Assembly (NCBI GenBank): GCA_963837955.1
Contig: CAWIPH010000001.1
Location: 160,001 to 224,000 of the forward strand
From: an uncultured Verrucomicrobiae bacterium
Lineage (GTDB): Bacteria > Verrucomicrobiota > Verrucomicrobiia > Chthoniobacterales > JAFAMB01
Reading direction: 5' to 3'
Length of the DNA stretch: 64,000 nucleotides
Positions within the stretch are counted from its first letter, which is position 1; the number at the start of each line of letters is the position of its first letter. A model generated the notes under the pieces. It did no database searches and was not told the DNA's origin. It worked only from the letters and a program-made list of their open reading frames with translations. Positions 1 through 9,286 of this stretch are shown here, in pieces. The position numbers and the translations under genes were made by a program.

Positions 1-1
1 C

Positions 2-676
2 CCGTCTGAGGTTTGTACGCTGTCACTGCGACCAGAGTTCCGCCGCGCTGGACTTGGGCTTCTGTTGTCGTTGAGCCGTTTCCTTTTCATGGCTTGCTTT
101 CCGCAGAGATTTGACGAGCACGTGATTGCAGAACTGCGAGGGTTTACCAATGAACATGGACTTTCTCCGTTTTGGGAGGCGATCGGTCGGCATTTCTTTG
201 CCCAAACGTTTGCCCATGCGGATTTTCTGAGCGGCATCGGTCAAAAGGATTTTATCCGCGATTTGATGCCCAAATATCCGATATACACCGCCACACTTCC
301 CGAAGAGGCCCGGGCGGTGATTGGACGAGTTCACCGCGACGCCGAGCCCGCTCTCAAGATCCTGCTGGCCCAAGGATTTGAGCGATCCAATGAGGTCGAC
401 ATTTTCGATGCGGGCCCGCTGGTGAGAGCTTCTCGATCGTCAATTAAAGCCGTCGGTGAGTCACGATTTGGTGAGATCGCTGCGTTGCGGGAACCGCATG
501 ATAGCACGCCCTACTTGGTCGCTCACGCAGCGCTCAATTTCCGAGCTTGTCTTGCGCCGTTAGAAATTATTGAAGACCGGACCATTATTATCTCCGAGCG
601 AACGGCGGCGGTTCTTCAGGTGGGAATTGGTAATCGACTGGTTTTCCTCGCCCTACCGACTCGACCCATCCGATGA
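2..676 (+). CDS. astA: Arginine N-succinyltransferase (5'-partial, begins before the window)
   Basis: Frame is open from position 2 (PSEVCTLSLRPEFRRAGLGLLLSLSRFLF). AstA motifs AELRG, SPFW, IGRVH and VDIFDAGP. Overlaps astB start (ATGA). Confidence 0.92.
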   Translation, partial: PSEVCTLSLRPEFRRAGLGLLLSLSRFLFMACFPQRFDEHVIAELRGFTNEHGLSPFWEAIGRHFFAQTFAHADFLSGIGQKDFIRDLMPKYPIYTATLPEEARAVIGRVHRDAEPALKILLAQGFERSNEVDIFDAGPLVRASRSSIKAVGESRFGEIAALREPHDSTPYLVAHAALNFRACLAPLEIIEDRTIIISERTAAVLQVGIGNRLVFLALPTRPIR

Positions 677-2043
677 ACGCTGCTGCTGCTCCGTCGATTG
701 AGTTTCGAGAATATAATTTCGATGGATTGGTAGGGCCAACTCACCATTATGGAGGACTTTCTCGAGGGAATCCCGCATCAATGCAAAATCGGGCATTGGT
801 TTCCCACCCGCGCCTGGCTGTCCGTCAAGGCCTGGCCAAAATGCGTTGCCTCTTTGAACTAGGCGTCGGCCAGGCGCTTATCCCGCCCCTGCATCGCCCG
901 CGGCTCGATTTGCTTCGTCGAGTTGGATTTACGGGTAACGATCAGCAGATAATCGAGAAGGCGTGGCGACAAGCGCCGGATCTGCTTTCTGCCAGCTTCT
1001 CCGCCTCTGGGATGTGGACGGCAAATGCCGCTACTGTGGCTCCCAGTTGTGACACCGCCGACAGCAAGTTGCACTTCACCCCGGCTAACTTGATTGCAAA
1101 TCTTCACCGCTCCTTTGAGGCCGAAGATACTGCTGCTCTTTTGCAGGTTCTCTTTCCAGACCCTGAGCTCTTTTTTCATCATGCACCGCTCCCACGAACG
1201 CTCGCCCTCGGTGATGAAGGTGCCGCGAACCACAACCGGCTGGTCGCTGCGACCGGGAAGCCTGGTATCCATTTGTTTGTTTATGGCCGCGAACATTTCC
1301 GGCAAACTAAACCGACTCGTTTTCCGCAGAGGCAGACACTGGAAGCAGCCCAGGCAATCGCCCGATTGCATCGGCTCGATGCGGACCGCACCTTTTTTGC
1401 GCAGCAGAACCCGGAATCGATCGAGGCCGGAGTCTTTCATAACGATGTGATAGCGACAGCCCACAACGAACTCTTGTTGTATCACGAAAAAGCTTTTGTC
1501 GAACCGCAGGAGTTAATTCAGCAACTATCCACAGCCTTCGCCAAGACCCAAGGCAGAGACTTATTCGCTATTGAAATAAATCAATTCTCGCTGAGTGAAG
1601 CAGTGGCATCCTACTTTTTTAATTCGCAGGTGGTCACGGCTTGGGACGGGAAGATGGCTCTGATCGCGCCGGAGGAATCGCGACAAATAGTGCCAGTCTA
1701 CGAAACGATCCAACAGCTGCAATCCGATCCCAACTGCCCCATTTCCCGAGTGCTGTTCTTGGATCTCCGTGAAAGCATGAAAAACGGGGGCGGTCCGGCC
1801 TGCTTGCGAAATCGGATAGTTCTGAACTCAAAGGAGCGTGCCGCCGTTCCGCAGCGAGTCTTTCTGGACGAACACTTGTTTTCCGAACTGGAGCAATGGG
1901 CAGATCGACGTTACCGAGAAAGTCTGATTTTGAATGACTTCCTCGATCCGTCGCTTCGCGAGGAAGTAGAGCTTGCGCTCGATGAATTGACCCAAGTCCT
2001 GGGACTTGGATCCATCTATCCTTTTCAAAAAGGAGGGGCATGA
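673..2043 (+). CDS. astB: N-succinylarginine dihydrolase
   Basis: NFDGLVGPTHHYGGLS, SASGMWTANAATV, GDEGAANH, GVFHNDVI, ESMKNGGGPACLR. Confidence 0.96.
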   Translation: MNAAAAPSIEFREYNFDGLVGPTHHYGGLSRGNPASMQNRALVSHPRLAVRQGLAKMRCLFELGVGQALIPPLHRPRLDLLRRVGFTGNDQQIIEKAWRQAPDLLSASFSASGMWTANAATVAPSCDTADSKLHFTPANLIANLHRSFEAEDTAALLQVLFPDPELFFHHAPLPRTLALGDEGAANHNRLVAATGKPGIHLFVYGREHFRQTKPTRFPQRQTLEAAQAIARLHRLDADRTFFAQQNPESIEAGVFHNDVIATAHNELLLYHEKAFVEPQELIQQLSTAFAKTQGRDLFAIEINQFSLSEAVASYFFNSQVVTAWDGKMALIAPEESRQIVPVYETIQQLQSDPNCPISRVLFLDLRESMKNGGGPACLRNRIVLNSKERAAVPQRVFLDEHLFSELEQWADRRYRESLILNDFLDPSLREEVELALDELTQVLGLGSIYPFQKGGA

Positions 2044-3209
2044 ATCCACACGTTTGGATACAGGGAGAGCAGCATCGGCTTCTCGAGCGCGTGATCCGCT
2101 GGGCCGAAATTAACTCCGGGAGCGGTAATCTGGACGGCCTAGGTCGCCTAGCCGAAATGGTATTGAGTGATTTTCAAGAGCTTGAGCCAGACGATTCGGC
2201 GTTACTTCTCGTTCCGGACACCGTCATCGGTCCGCGCCCTTTAATCCGACTACAAAAGCGCTCAAATGCGACTAAAAAGGCTCTGTTTTTTGGGCATTTG
2301 GACACGGTCTACGGTCCCGAACACCCTCTCCAAAACACGCGGTTCCTGGCCGACGGAAAACTCAACGGACCCGGGGTCTGCGACATGAAAGGTGGTTTGG
2401 CAATCTTGCTTTGCGGTTTGACGGCGTTCGAACGCTCGAATCACGAAAAACGATTTGGATGGACCATCCTGATAAATTCGGATGAAGAGGTTGGATCATC
2501 CTTGTCGTCGCCGTTCTTTGAAGCGGTCGCGCCAAGTCATGAGGTGGGACTTGGGTTTGAACCGGCTTTGCGAGATGGGTCGATCGCTTCCAGCCGAAAA
2601 GGATCAGGGAATTTTACGTTGCAGTTCCACGGCAAAGCGGCCCATAGCGGAAGAAACCCCCGCGACGGAGTTAACGCACTAGTGCCGCTAGCCCATTTCA
2701 TCCTGGAGTGCCACGCGATGAATAGTCGCCGCGATTCCATTTTTATTAACCCGGCAATCGTTACCGGGGGCACCGCAGCCAATGTCGTTCCCGATTTCGC
2801 TTCTTGCCAAGTGAATGTGCGAACCGCCACGCCCGCCGATGAGGCGTGGATCCTGGAAGAGTTTCATCGTTTCGTTGCCGAGATTTCCGAGAAAAATGGA
2901 TACCGCGCCGAGCTCTCCGGCACCTTTACCGCGCCACCGAAGAAGCTTAGTCCTCAGACCGAAACCTTGATCGAGTTAGTACAAAAAGCCGGCCACAAGA
3001 TCGGCCTTGATATTCAGGCCAAGCCGACCGGCGGGACTTGCGATGGCAATCGACTCGCGGGCTTTGGCCTACCCAATCTCGATAACCTGGGAGCGAGGGG
3101 TGACTATATCCACAGCAAAGACGAATTTATCCATCTGGAAAGCCTTGTGGAACGCGCTCGGTTGCTCTACGAAGTTTTGTTGGAGCTGAACGAAAGGCTA
3201 ATTCAGTGA
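2040..3209 (+). CDS. M20/M25/M40 family metallohydrolase (possible desuccinylase)
   Basis: GHLDTV, GPGVCDMKGG, NSDEEVGS, AAHSGRNP, GGTCDGN, IHSKDE. Translationally coupled to astB. Confidence 0.88.
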   Translation: MNPHVWIQGEQHRLLERVIRWAEINSGSGNLDGLGRLAEMVLSDFQELEPDDSALLLVPDTVIGPRPLIRLQKRSNATKKALFFGHLDTVYGPEHPLQNTRFLADGKLNGPGVCDMKGGLAILLCGLTAFERSNHEKRFGWTILINSDEEVGSSLSSPFFEAVAPSHEVGLGFEPALRDGSIASSRKGSGNFTLQFHGKAAHSGRNPRDGVNALVPLAHFILECHAMNSRRDSIFINPAIVTGGTAANVVPDFASCQVNVRTATPADEAWILEEFHRFVAEISEKNGYRAELSGTFTAPPKKLSPQTETLIELVQKAGHKIGLDIQAKPTGGTCDGNRLAGFGLPNLDNLGARGDYIHSKDEFIHLESLVERARLLYEVLLELNERLIQ

Positions 3210-3646
3210 TTGTACTAATCGTTCTCCTCGTAAGTGCCCTTCTTTTCCGGGCTCTCGGTTTTTTTGGAATACCGGTATTCGCGACTTGGCGCGACTCGAT
3301 TCTTTGCGCGCTAGCAGTGATGTTTTGTTTTACCGGCGTCGCCCATTTCGGACGGATGCGCGATGAAATAGAGAAGATGGTGCCGCCCTGGGTGCCCAAT
3401 CCGCGACGTGTTGTCACGTGGACCGGAATCTGTGAAATTCTCGGCGCGGTGGGGCTGATCATTCCAGAAACCCGCTTTCTTGCCGGCATTTGTCTGATCA
3501 TCTTTCTAGTAGCGGTTTTCCCAGCGAACATTCACGCCGTCACAACCGGCGCAACGCTAGGTGGCAGAGCCGTTACATCTCTATGGATTCGCGCGCCGGT
3601 GCAGGTGCTTCTCATCCTGCTTATCGCGTGGACTTGCTTTTATTAG
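3206..3646 (+). CDS. DoxX-like membrane protein
   Basis: FTGVAHF, MVPPW, TGICEILGAVGL, AVFPANI; several hydrophobic helices. Confidence 0.75.
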   Translation: MIVLIVLLVSALLFRALGFFGIPVFATWRDSILCALAVMFCFTGVAHFGRMRDEIEKMVPPWVPNPRRVVTWTGICEILGAVGLIIPETRFLAGICLIIFLVAVFPANIHAVTTGATLGGRAVTSLWIRAPVQVLLILLIAWTCFY

Positions 3647-3828
3647 GATGACATGAACGCAGCACAGATTGATCCCGCGCCCGGCTTGAGGAAAGTCCAT
3701 CGCCGGCCACGACGTAGCCTTGCGCCTTCGCCGAGCCTACGGTGCGACAAGCGAGCGTAATCGAGTTTTCGCTCTACCAACCCTGAGGCCGGCCAGAGCA
3801 AAGGCTCTTCCTTTGTCTACCCCCCTTG

Positions 3829-4287
3829 CTACTCATCGTCCTCGAGGCGCTTACCGTAGCAGACAACTTCGTCCGGGCGGAATCCGAGACCTTCGTAGAA
3901 TCGCGAGAGCCCCCCATCGGCGCTCGCACGCACCTGCAGATTAATTTTCGGGCACCCAGCAGCTCGAAGTATCGCCTCCGCCGTTTCCATCAATTGAGTG
4001 CCGATTCTTCGTCCGCGAAACAGGTCAGCCACCGCTAAGTAATTGATCCACCCGCGGTGACCCTCATAGCCAACCATGATCGAGCCAACTATCTCTTCCC
4101 CCAAGACGGCTACCAAAAACCATTCCGGGTTGACGCGTAGCTTACGCGCGATGTCTTTGCCGGGATTATTCCATGGGCGGATCAGACCACACGAACGCCA
4201 GAGCTCGATCACATGATCCAAATCATCCGTCCGAAATGGCCGGATCTCGAGCCTATCAAGCCTGCCGGAGGTGTCTTTATGCGCCAT
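3829..4287 (-). CDS. GNAT acetyltransferase, YpeA-like
   Basis: RPWNNP, MVGYEGHRGWINYLAV, GCPKINLQVR, FYEGLGF. Confidence 0.88.
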   Translation of the reverse strand: MAHKDTSGRLDRLEIRPFRTDDLDHVIELWRSCGLIRPWNNPGKDIARKLRVNPEWFLVAVLGEEIVGSIMVGYEGHRGWINYLAVADLFRGRRIGTQLMETAEAILRAAGCPKINLQVRASADGGLSRFYEGLGFRPDEVVCYGKRLEDDE

Positions 4288-4317
4288 CGCTAACAGATTC
4301 TGTAAGACCTTCCGAAA

Positions 4318-4794
4318 TCAAGGCGTCGGGCTCGGCGTGCTGGCTGGTTCTTCAATCGGCGGCCGAAAGAGCTGTGGGTTCGATACCTGAGGATATTCGA
4401 TACTCACATTTCTCATTTGTTTCTGCTTCGTTGCGTTGGAAAGATCGCTGAAGCTCAAGACCGTTACGTGGTTGTTCCCCTGCCAACTCACGCGGACAGC
4501 GAGTGCATCAGGACACACCATCACGTTCCCCGTCTCATCCGACACCGATTGATCAATCGGCAAAATCGATACGTTCGTAGTGAACAGAACTTCGTCCGGA
4601 CATTTCCGGAGGTAAACGACCGCCTTCAATTGACCATTCGGAGAACGTTCCTGCGATCGAATGGCAGTCCGGCAAGGCTCTGGTTTTCTGGAACAACCGA
4701 TAAGCCCGACAAGGGCCCAAAGAGTCAAAAGCCCAGGGGCCAAGATCTGTGCCGCATTTGGAGTACGAGGACGACAATCTTCCAGGAAAAGCAA
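4318..4794 (-). CDS. Hypothetical lipoprotein
   Basis: Hydrophobic stretch followed by lipobox-like LIGC; SPNG..AVVY..C motif; start uncertain. Confidence 0.55.
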   Translation of the reverse strand: MLFLEDCRPRTPNAAQILAPGLLTLWALVGLIGCSRKPEPCRTAIRSQERSPNGQLKAVVYLRKCPDEVLFTTNVSILPIDQSVSDETGNVMVCPDALAVRVSWQGNNHVTVLSFSDLSNATKQKQMRNVSIEYPQVSNPQLFRPPIEEPASTPSPTP

Positions 4795-4819
4795 ATTTCT
4801 ATACCACTCTCGAGAGCTG

Positions 4820-5284
4820 CTAGGTCTGCGCTCGTTTGCGTTTTATGAAGACCGACAAGATCCCTTTCATCCGCGTCAGAACATAATATACCGTATGACT
4901 TCGCGCTCGGACCAGGTCTGCTCCAATGATCTTGGGTATAAAATCACTCGGAAGATCCATTACTTCGTCAATCTTCGCGCCTTGCAGCCCGCGACACAGA
5001 ATCGACGTCATTGCTCGAGTTAGTGTTTGAACCTGCGGCCCAAGTGAGACGCGGAACCGCACTCGCTGATCCGGATCTACACCGAGAAACACCCCGACAG
5101 TATCCGTACATTCCTCATCCTTCCTGACGTCTTCCAAATCGAATCTGTCACCGTCACGCGGCGCCCATTTCGCCGATTGTTCGGCATAGGATATAAGGGT
5201 TTCGCGCTTCTCTTCTTCTGGTAGCGATACAAAGAGATCAACGATCGATTGCAGGCCGGGCGGATAGGTTGAGCTAGTCTCCAC
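4820..5284 (-). CDS. SufE-family sulfur acceptor protein
   Basis: EECTDTVGVF with the single conserved Cys; fold pattern of SufE. GTG at 5284 chosen as start; ORF extends to 5392. Confidence 0.8.
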   Translation of the reverse strand: METSSTYPPGLQSIVDLFVSLPEEEKRETLISYAEQSAKWAPRDGDRFDLEDVRKDEECTDTVGVFLGVDPDQRVRFRVSLGPQVQTLTRAMTSILCRGLQGAKIDEVMDLPSDFIPKIIGADLVRARSHTVYYVLTRMKGILSVFIKRKRAQT

Positions 5285-5458
5285 AGTATCTATTGATCCC
5301 AACTCATCGAGCTCTCCGCAATTCATAATTAACTCGTCTGCCCGCTGTCGCCCAGGTGCAGAAAACACCGAGAAGGCAAAGAGGCAACCCATTTGCCAAC
5401 GGACGGCAAACAGCCAATTTGCTATTGGTTATCTGCTATTGAGCGACCGTTTCGGTCT

Positions 5459-6316
5459 TCAGGGTTTCTCGATGGGGACGCGGACCGCGTTCCCCCATTC
5501 AGTCCAGGATCCATCGTAATTCTTTACGTCGGTAAATCCGAGGAGTTGCGTCAATACAAACCAGGTATGACTCGAGCGTTCGCCGATGCGGCAATAGACG
5601 ATAGTGTGGTCGGATTCCCCAAAACCCAAATCGTCGACGTAAATCTTACGCAGCTCCTCTGGTGACTTGAATGTGCCATCAGCGTTGGCCGCGGTTTTCC
5701 AAGGAACACTCTTAGCCCCTGGGATATGGCCACCACGCAGAACTCCTTCCTGGGGGTACTCCGGCATGTGAGTGATTTCACCCTTAAACTCTCCGGGTGA
5801 CCGAACGTCGATCAGCGGCTTATGTGCTTTGCTCTGCTCAAGGGTCTCGGCGGAAAACGCGCGAATCTCTGCATCCCGGCGCCGAGCTGGTACTGGGTAA
5901 CGAGTCTTCGGATACTGAGGCTTTTCTTTAGTGGTCGCACGCCCTTCGGCTATCCACTTGTCTCTGCCCCCGTTGAGAACGCGGAGGTCTTTGTGGCCAA
6001 AGAGAGAAAAAACCCACAAAGCGTAACAGGCCCACCAATTCGATTTATCGCCGTAAAATACAAGGGTAGTCTCTGGCGTAATGCCAATCTCTTCCGCGAG
6101 TTTGGCGAACGCTTCCTGAGTAAGATAGTCACGGATAACTTGATCGTTCAGATCTTTCCGCCAATCGACATGCACGGCGCCGGGAATGTGGCCGGTGTCG
6201 TACAGCAATACGTCTTCATTACTTTCGATCACGCGGATCGAGGGATCTTGGAGATGCTCGGCTAGCCAATCGGAGCTGACCAGAGATTCGGGATGAGCAT
6301 ATTTATTGGAGGCCAT
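5459..6316 (-). CDS. sseA: Thiosulfate sulfurtransferase (two-domain rhodanese, SseA-like)
   Basis: GHIPGA twice, [13 protein letters not shown] active-site loop, YDGSWTEWG. Confidence 0.92.
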   Translation of the reverse strand: MASNKYAHPESLVSSDWLAEHLQDPSIRVIESNEDVLLYDTGHIPGAVHVDWRKDLNDQVIRDYLTQEAFAKLAEEIGITPETTLVFYGDKSNWWACYALWVFSLFGHKDLRVLNGGRDKWIAEGRATTKEKPQYPKTRYPVPARRRDAEIRAFSAETLEQSKAHKPLIDVRSPGEFKGEITHMPEYPQEGVLRGGHIPGAKSVPWKTAANADGTFKSPEELRKIYVDDLGFGESDHTIVYCRIGERSSHTWFVLTQLLGFTDVKNYDGSWTEWGNAVRVPIEKP

Positions 6317-6489
6317 ACCGAGCGAAAACTACACCCGCGGAAGCAATGGTCAACACATCACATAATTCTCCATAGGATTTAAGGGGAATATTCAAATGGT
6401 TGCAACAGATGGTTGTTTATGCCCAAGAAACTAAGATTTTAAATCAAATTTCTATATACGTTTTCTAATTATTCGTTAATATCGTCTTT

Positions 6490-6510
6490 AGCTTAATATT
6501 CTATTAAGCT
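6490..6510. promoter_or_regulatory. Perfect palindrome AGCTTAATA-ttc-TATTAAGCT, candidate operator
   Basis: 9-bp inverted repeat with a 3-nt spacer in the AT-rich divergent intergenic region, 53 bp before the ORF at 6564. Confidence 0.5.
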
Positions 6511-6563
6511 GTTCTAAATCGTCTGGCCTTGTTTATTGACGATTTCGACTCAAATTTACGACT

Positions 6564-7958
6564 ATGACCGAAGTGCACCCTCACCAATCATCGGCCTTTG
6601 ACTGGCCGCTTGCCTTTCCCGCAGAGGAGCTTTTGCGCAAACGGATCGCCTCTTTCCTGGAACGCCATTCTTGGGCTCAACGATTCTCGGATCGGCTTCA
6701 TGAAGACACGGGGACGGATCTGTTTGAATGGATTGATCATTTGACCGTAAACGAAGAGGAAGTTTTCGCGCTACGGGAAGTTGGGTTTGTCTCGGAGGGA
6801 GTGAAGACTCCGGCTGGAGTTGAAGTTTTGTATCATCCGCAAGCAATGCTTCCGCGGGTAGTTGTGATGCAGGAAGGCAGTCGCGACGGTGCGCCAGCGC
6901 GCCTTGCTATCCGCCCGGAATCGTTGGTTGACTTTGTTGCTGCCCACGATCTGCGTGCCGAAATTCGCGACCGATTTGGGAGCCGCCTACGCCGGGCAAC
7001 CATCTCAACCGAAAACGGGTTCGAGCTTCTCGCCGTTGAACGACTTGGTTGGAGACATTTTGTGGCGAGCGAACCTGTACCCGGATTTGCTACTTCGATT
7101 CTCGCGGTCCAAGAACTTTGGCGAACTCGGAAGCGGAATTTTCCGGACGACTCTGAGGGAGTCAAACTCGCTTTTGAGTTGCAAGCAAAAGCCATGGAGC
7201 TCGTCGGACCAGATGTCGCCTGCGAACTTTTCTTCGCAGAGGAGCGCCGCTACTGGGAGAGACGGAATCGCGCGGGCCAGATTCAAAAGCGCCGCCAAGA
7301 TCTTCTTGGTCTTGGCTGGGGAAACCATGATCACCACACGTTCCGCTGTTCCCGACGATTTTTTGCCGATCTTATCCGGTTCCTTGTGAATTTCGGATTC
7401 ACTAAACGTGAACGCTACTACGCCGGCGCCGAAGCTGGATGGGGCGCGCAAATCCTGGAACATTACGCGACCGGTATCACGGTTTTTGCTGACGTCGATC
7501 TCATGGCGGAAGAGACCGAAATTGATTTTTCTCAGCAGCCGCTGCCGGAGGCGCCTCGTCTACGCACCGTCGGACTGTGGTGCGGACTACACGGTGACAG
7601 TTTTCTCCAAGCGGGCATGCATCACTTGGAGGCACGATTCGAGTTCGGAGCATTGCGCGACCAATTGGCCGGTGAGGGTGTCTCGACGATGAAGCCCTTC
7701 TCTGATTTTGAGTTTCTCAAGCAGGCATTTACCGAAGGCGAGCGCTGGTCAGTCGATCCAAGTCGGGTTCAGCACCTTCTTGATCGTGGACTGATTACCG
7801 GCGAACAGGCAGAAATTTTTCGCCAAACCGGCGCAATCGGCAGCCACCTGGAGAATCTACAACGCAAAGGCGGCTTCAAAGGGTTCAATCAAAAATCGGT
7901 GAGCGTGATTATCGAAGCGACCGACCCAAGGGCATTGACCGCGGTCAACCATTCATAG
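6564..7958 (+). CDS. Putative 2-oxoadipate dioxygenase/decarboxylase (divergent HglS/DUF1338-like VOC metalloenzyme)
   Basis: Motifs NHDHHTFR, GMHHLEAR, FLKQAFT, HLENLQR and GFKGFNQKSVSVIIEATD parallel the DUF1338 motif order. First gene of a lysine-catabolic cluster. Confidence 0.6.
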   Translation: MTEVHPHQSSAFDWPLAFPAEELLRKRIASFLERHSWAQRFSDRLHEDTGTDLFEWIDHLTVNEEEVFALREVGFVSEGVKTPAGVEVLYHPQAMLPRVVVMQEGSRDGAPARLAIRPESLVDFVAAHDLRAEIRDRFGSRLRRATISTENGFELLAVERLGWRHFVASEPVPGFATSILAVQELWRTRKRNFPDDSEGVKLAFELQAKAMELVGPDVACELFFAEERRYWERRNRAGQIQKRRQDLLGLGWGNHDHHTFRCSRRFFADLIRFLVNFGFTKRERYYAGAEAGWGAQILEHYATGITVFADVDLMAEETEIDFSQQPLPEAPRLRTVGLWCGLHGDSFLQAGMHHLEARFEFGALRDQLAGEGVSTMKPFSDFEFLKQAFTEGERWSVDPSRVQHLLDRGLITGEQAEIFRQTGAIGSHLENLQRKGGFKGFNQKSVSVIIEATDPRALTAVNHS

Positions 7959-7972
7959 GGAGGAGATCGGTC

Positions 7973-9079
7973 ATGTACATCGGGATCATCGGAGCCGGAA
8001 AAATCGGTGAGTCCATCGCGACCTTGCTGGAAACCTGCGGGTTTTGCGAACGGGTAAGACTCGGCGACACCCGTCCGCTCGATGACATTTCTGATCTGGA
8101 AAAGGCAGAGTTTAGACAGCTCGACGTTACTCAGCCGGCTGAGCTCGACTCATTCGTCGCTGACTGCGAGGCGGTGGTCAGTGCTGCGCCCTACTACCTG
8201 AACAAAACGATCGCGGAGGTTTGTTCCAGACATGAAACATCGTATTTCGACCTGACTGAAGACGTTGAGACCACCAACTACGTTCGTGGCTTGAGCAAGA
8301 ATAGTCGGGCCACTTTCATGCCGCAGTGTGGTCTGGCCCCTGGCGCGATCAATATCATCGCGAGTGGGCTAGCTGACACATTTAAGACGATTCGCTCCGT
8401 GGAAATGAGGGTCGGTGCGCTTCCGTTGTCGGCCAGTAATCAGATGAAATACTACCTAAGCTGGAGCACGGCTGGGTTGATCAATGAGTATTGTCATTTC
8501 GGCGAGGCGCTGACTCAAGGAAGACGAATTCCGACGGTTCCACTCGACGGGGTGGAACGGCTGACGATCGATGGTGTCGAGTACGAAGCTTTCAATACGT
8601 CCGGGGGCGCAGCGACGATGTGCGAGACTTTCGAGGGTAGCGTGACGGAGCTGAACTACAAAACTCTCCGTTATCCGGGACATCGCGATTTGATGAAGTT
8701 TCTTCTGTTCGATCTCAATCTGAGCCAAAAACAGGAGGTTTTGACACAGATATTCGACCAAGAGGTTCCGCTCACGTTTAACGACGTCGTGGTGGTGTAC
8801 GTGAATTCGGTCGGATCGGACAGTGGCAACCTGGTCCAGCGCAGTTTTGTTAGAAAGATTTATTCTGGCACGATTAGCGGACATCCGCTCTCAGCCATCC
8901 AGTTGTCCACAGCTGCGGGCATGGTCGGCGCGCTCGAGCTATTTGCCAAAAAACAATTGCCGGCAGGTTTTGTCCGCCAGGAATCAATTAGTTTGACTCA
9001 ATTTTTCGAAACCCAATGGGGTGGTCGCGTGTACGGACAAGCGGAAACTGTAGTCCCTAAATTCACAGTAAAAACGTAG
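7973..9079 (+). CDS. Saccharopine dehydrogenase family protein (probable lysine 6-dehydrogenase)
   Basis: IIGAGKIG, YFDLTEDV, PQCGLAPG, RVGALP, WSTAGLINEY, YEAFNTSGG, YKTLRYPGH; strong RBS (GGAGGAG). Confidence 0.88.
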   Translation: MYIGIIGAGKIGESIATLLETCGFCERVRLGDTRPLDDISDLEKAEFRQLDVTQPAELDSFVADCEAVVSAAPYYLNKTIAEVCSRHETSYFDLTEDVETTNYVRGLSKNSRATFMPQCGLAPGAINIIASGLADTFKTIRSVEMRVGALPLSASNQMKYYLSWSTAGLINEYCHFGEALTQGRRIPTVPLDGVERLTIDGVEYEAFNTSGGAATMCETFEGSVTELNYKTLRYPGHRDLMKFLLFDLNLSQKQEVLTQIFDQEVPLTFNDVVVVYVNSVGSDSGNLVQRSFVRKIYSGTISGHPLSAIQLSTAAGMVGALELFAKKQLPAGFVRQESISLTQFFETQWGGRVYGQAETVVPKFTVKT

Positions 9080-9138
9080 CCGGCCCAGCGATCAATGAGG
9101 TCTTTATGTGCTGGGAGTTCAGAGGGGCAGCATACTCG

Positions 9139-9225
9139 ATCGTCCCTTATAGGGACGGACCGATCTTTTTATCGTTAACCCAGCAATGAATTGCCGGGCT
9201 ACTATCATGATGTCCCTAGCGGGAC
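9139..9225. repeat. Three-hairpin REP-like element (family also at 34033-34295 and 18446-18612)
   Basis: CGTCCC-ttata-GGGACG, CCCAGCA-atgaat-TGCCGGG and GTCCC-tagc-GGGAC; colinear with 34210-34295. Confidence 0.7.
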
Positions 9226-9286
9226 CGCGAACCCATACCAGAATATAATAGGCTAGAAGCCAATACCGGCGAACTCCTAACCCCAT

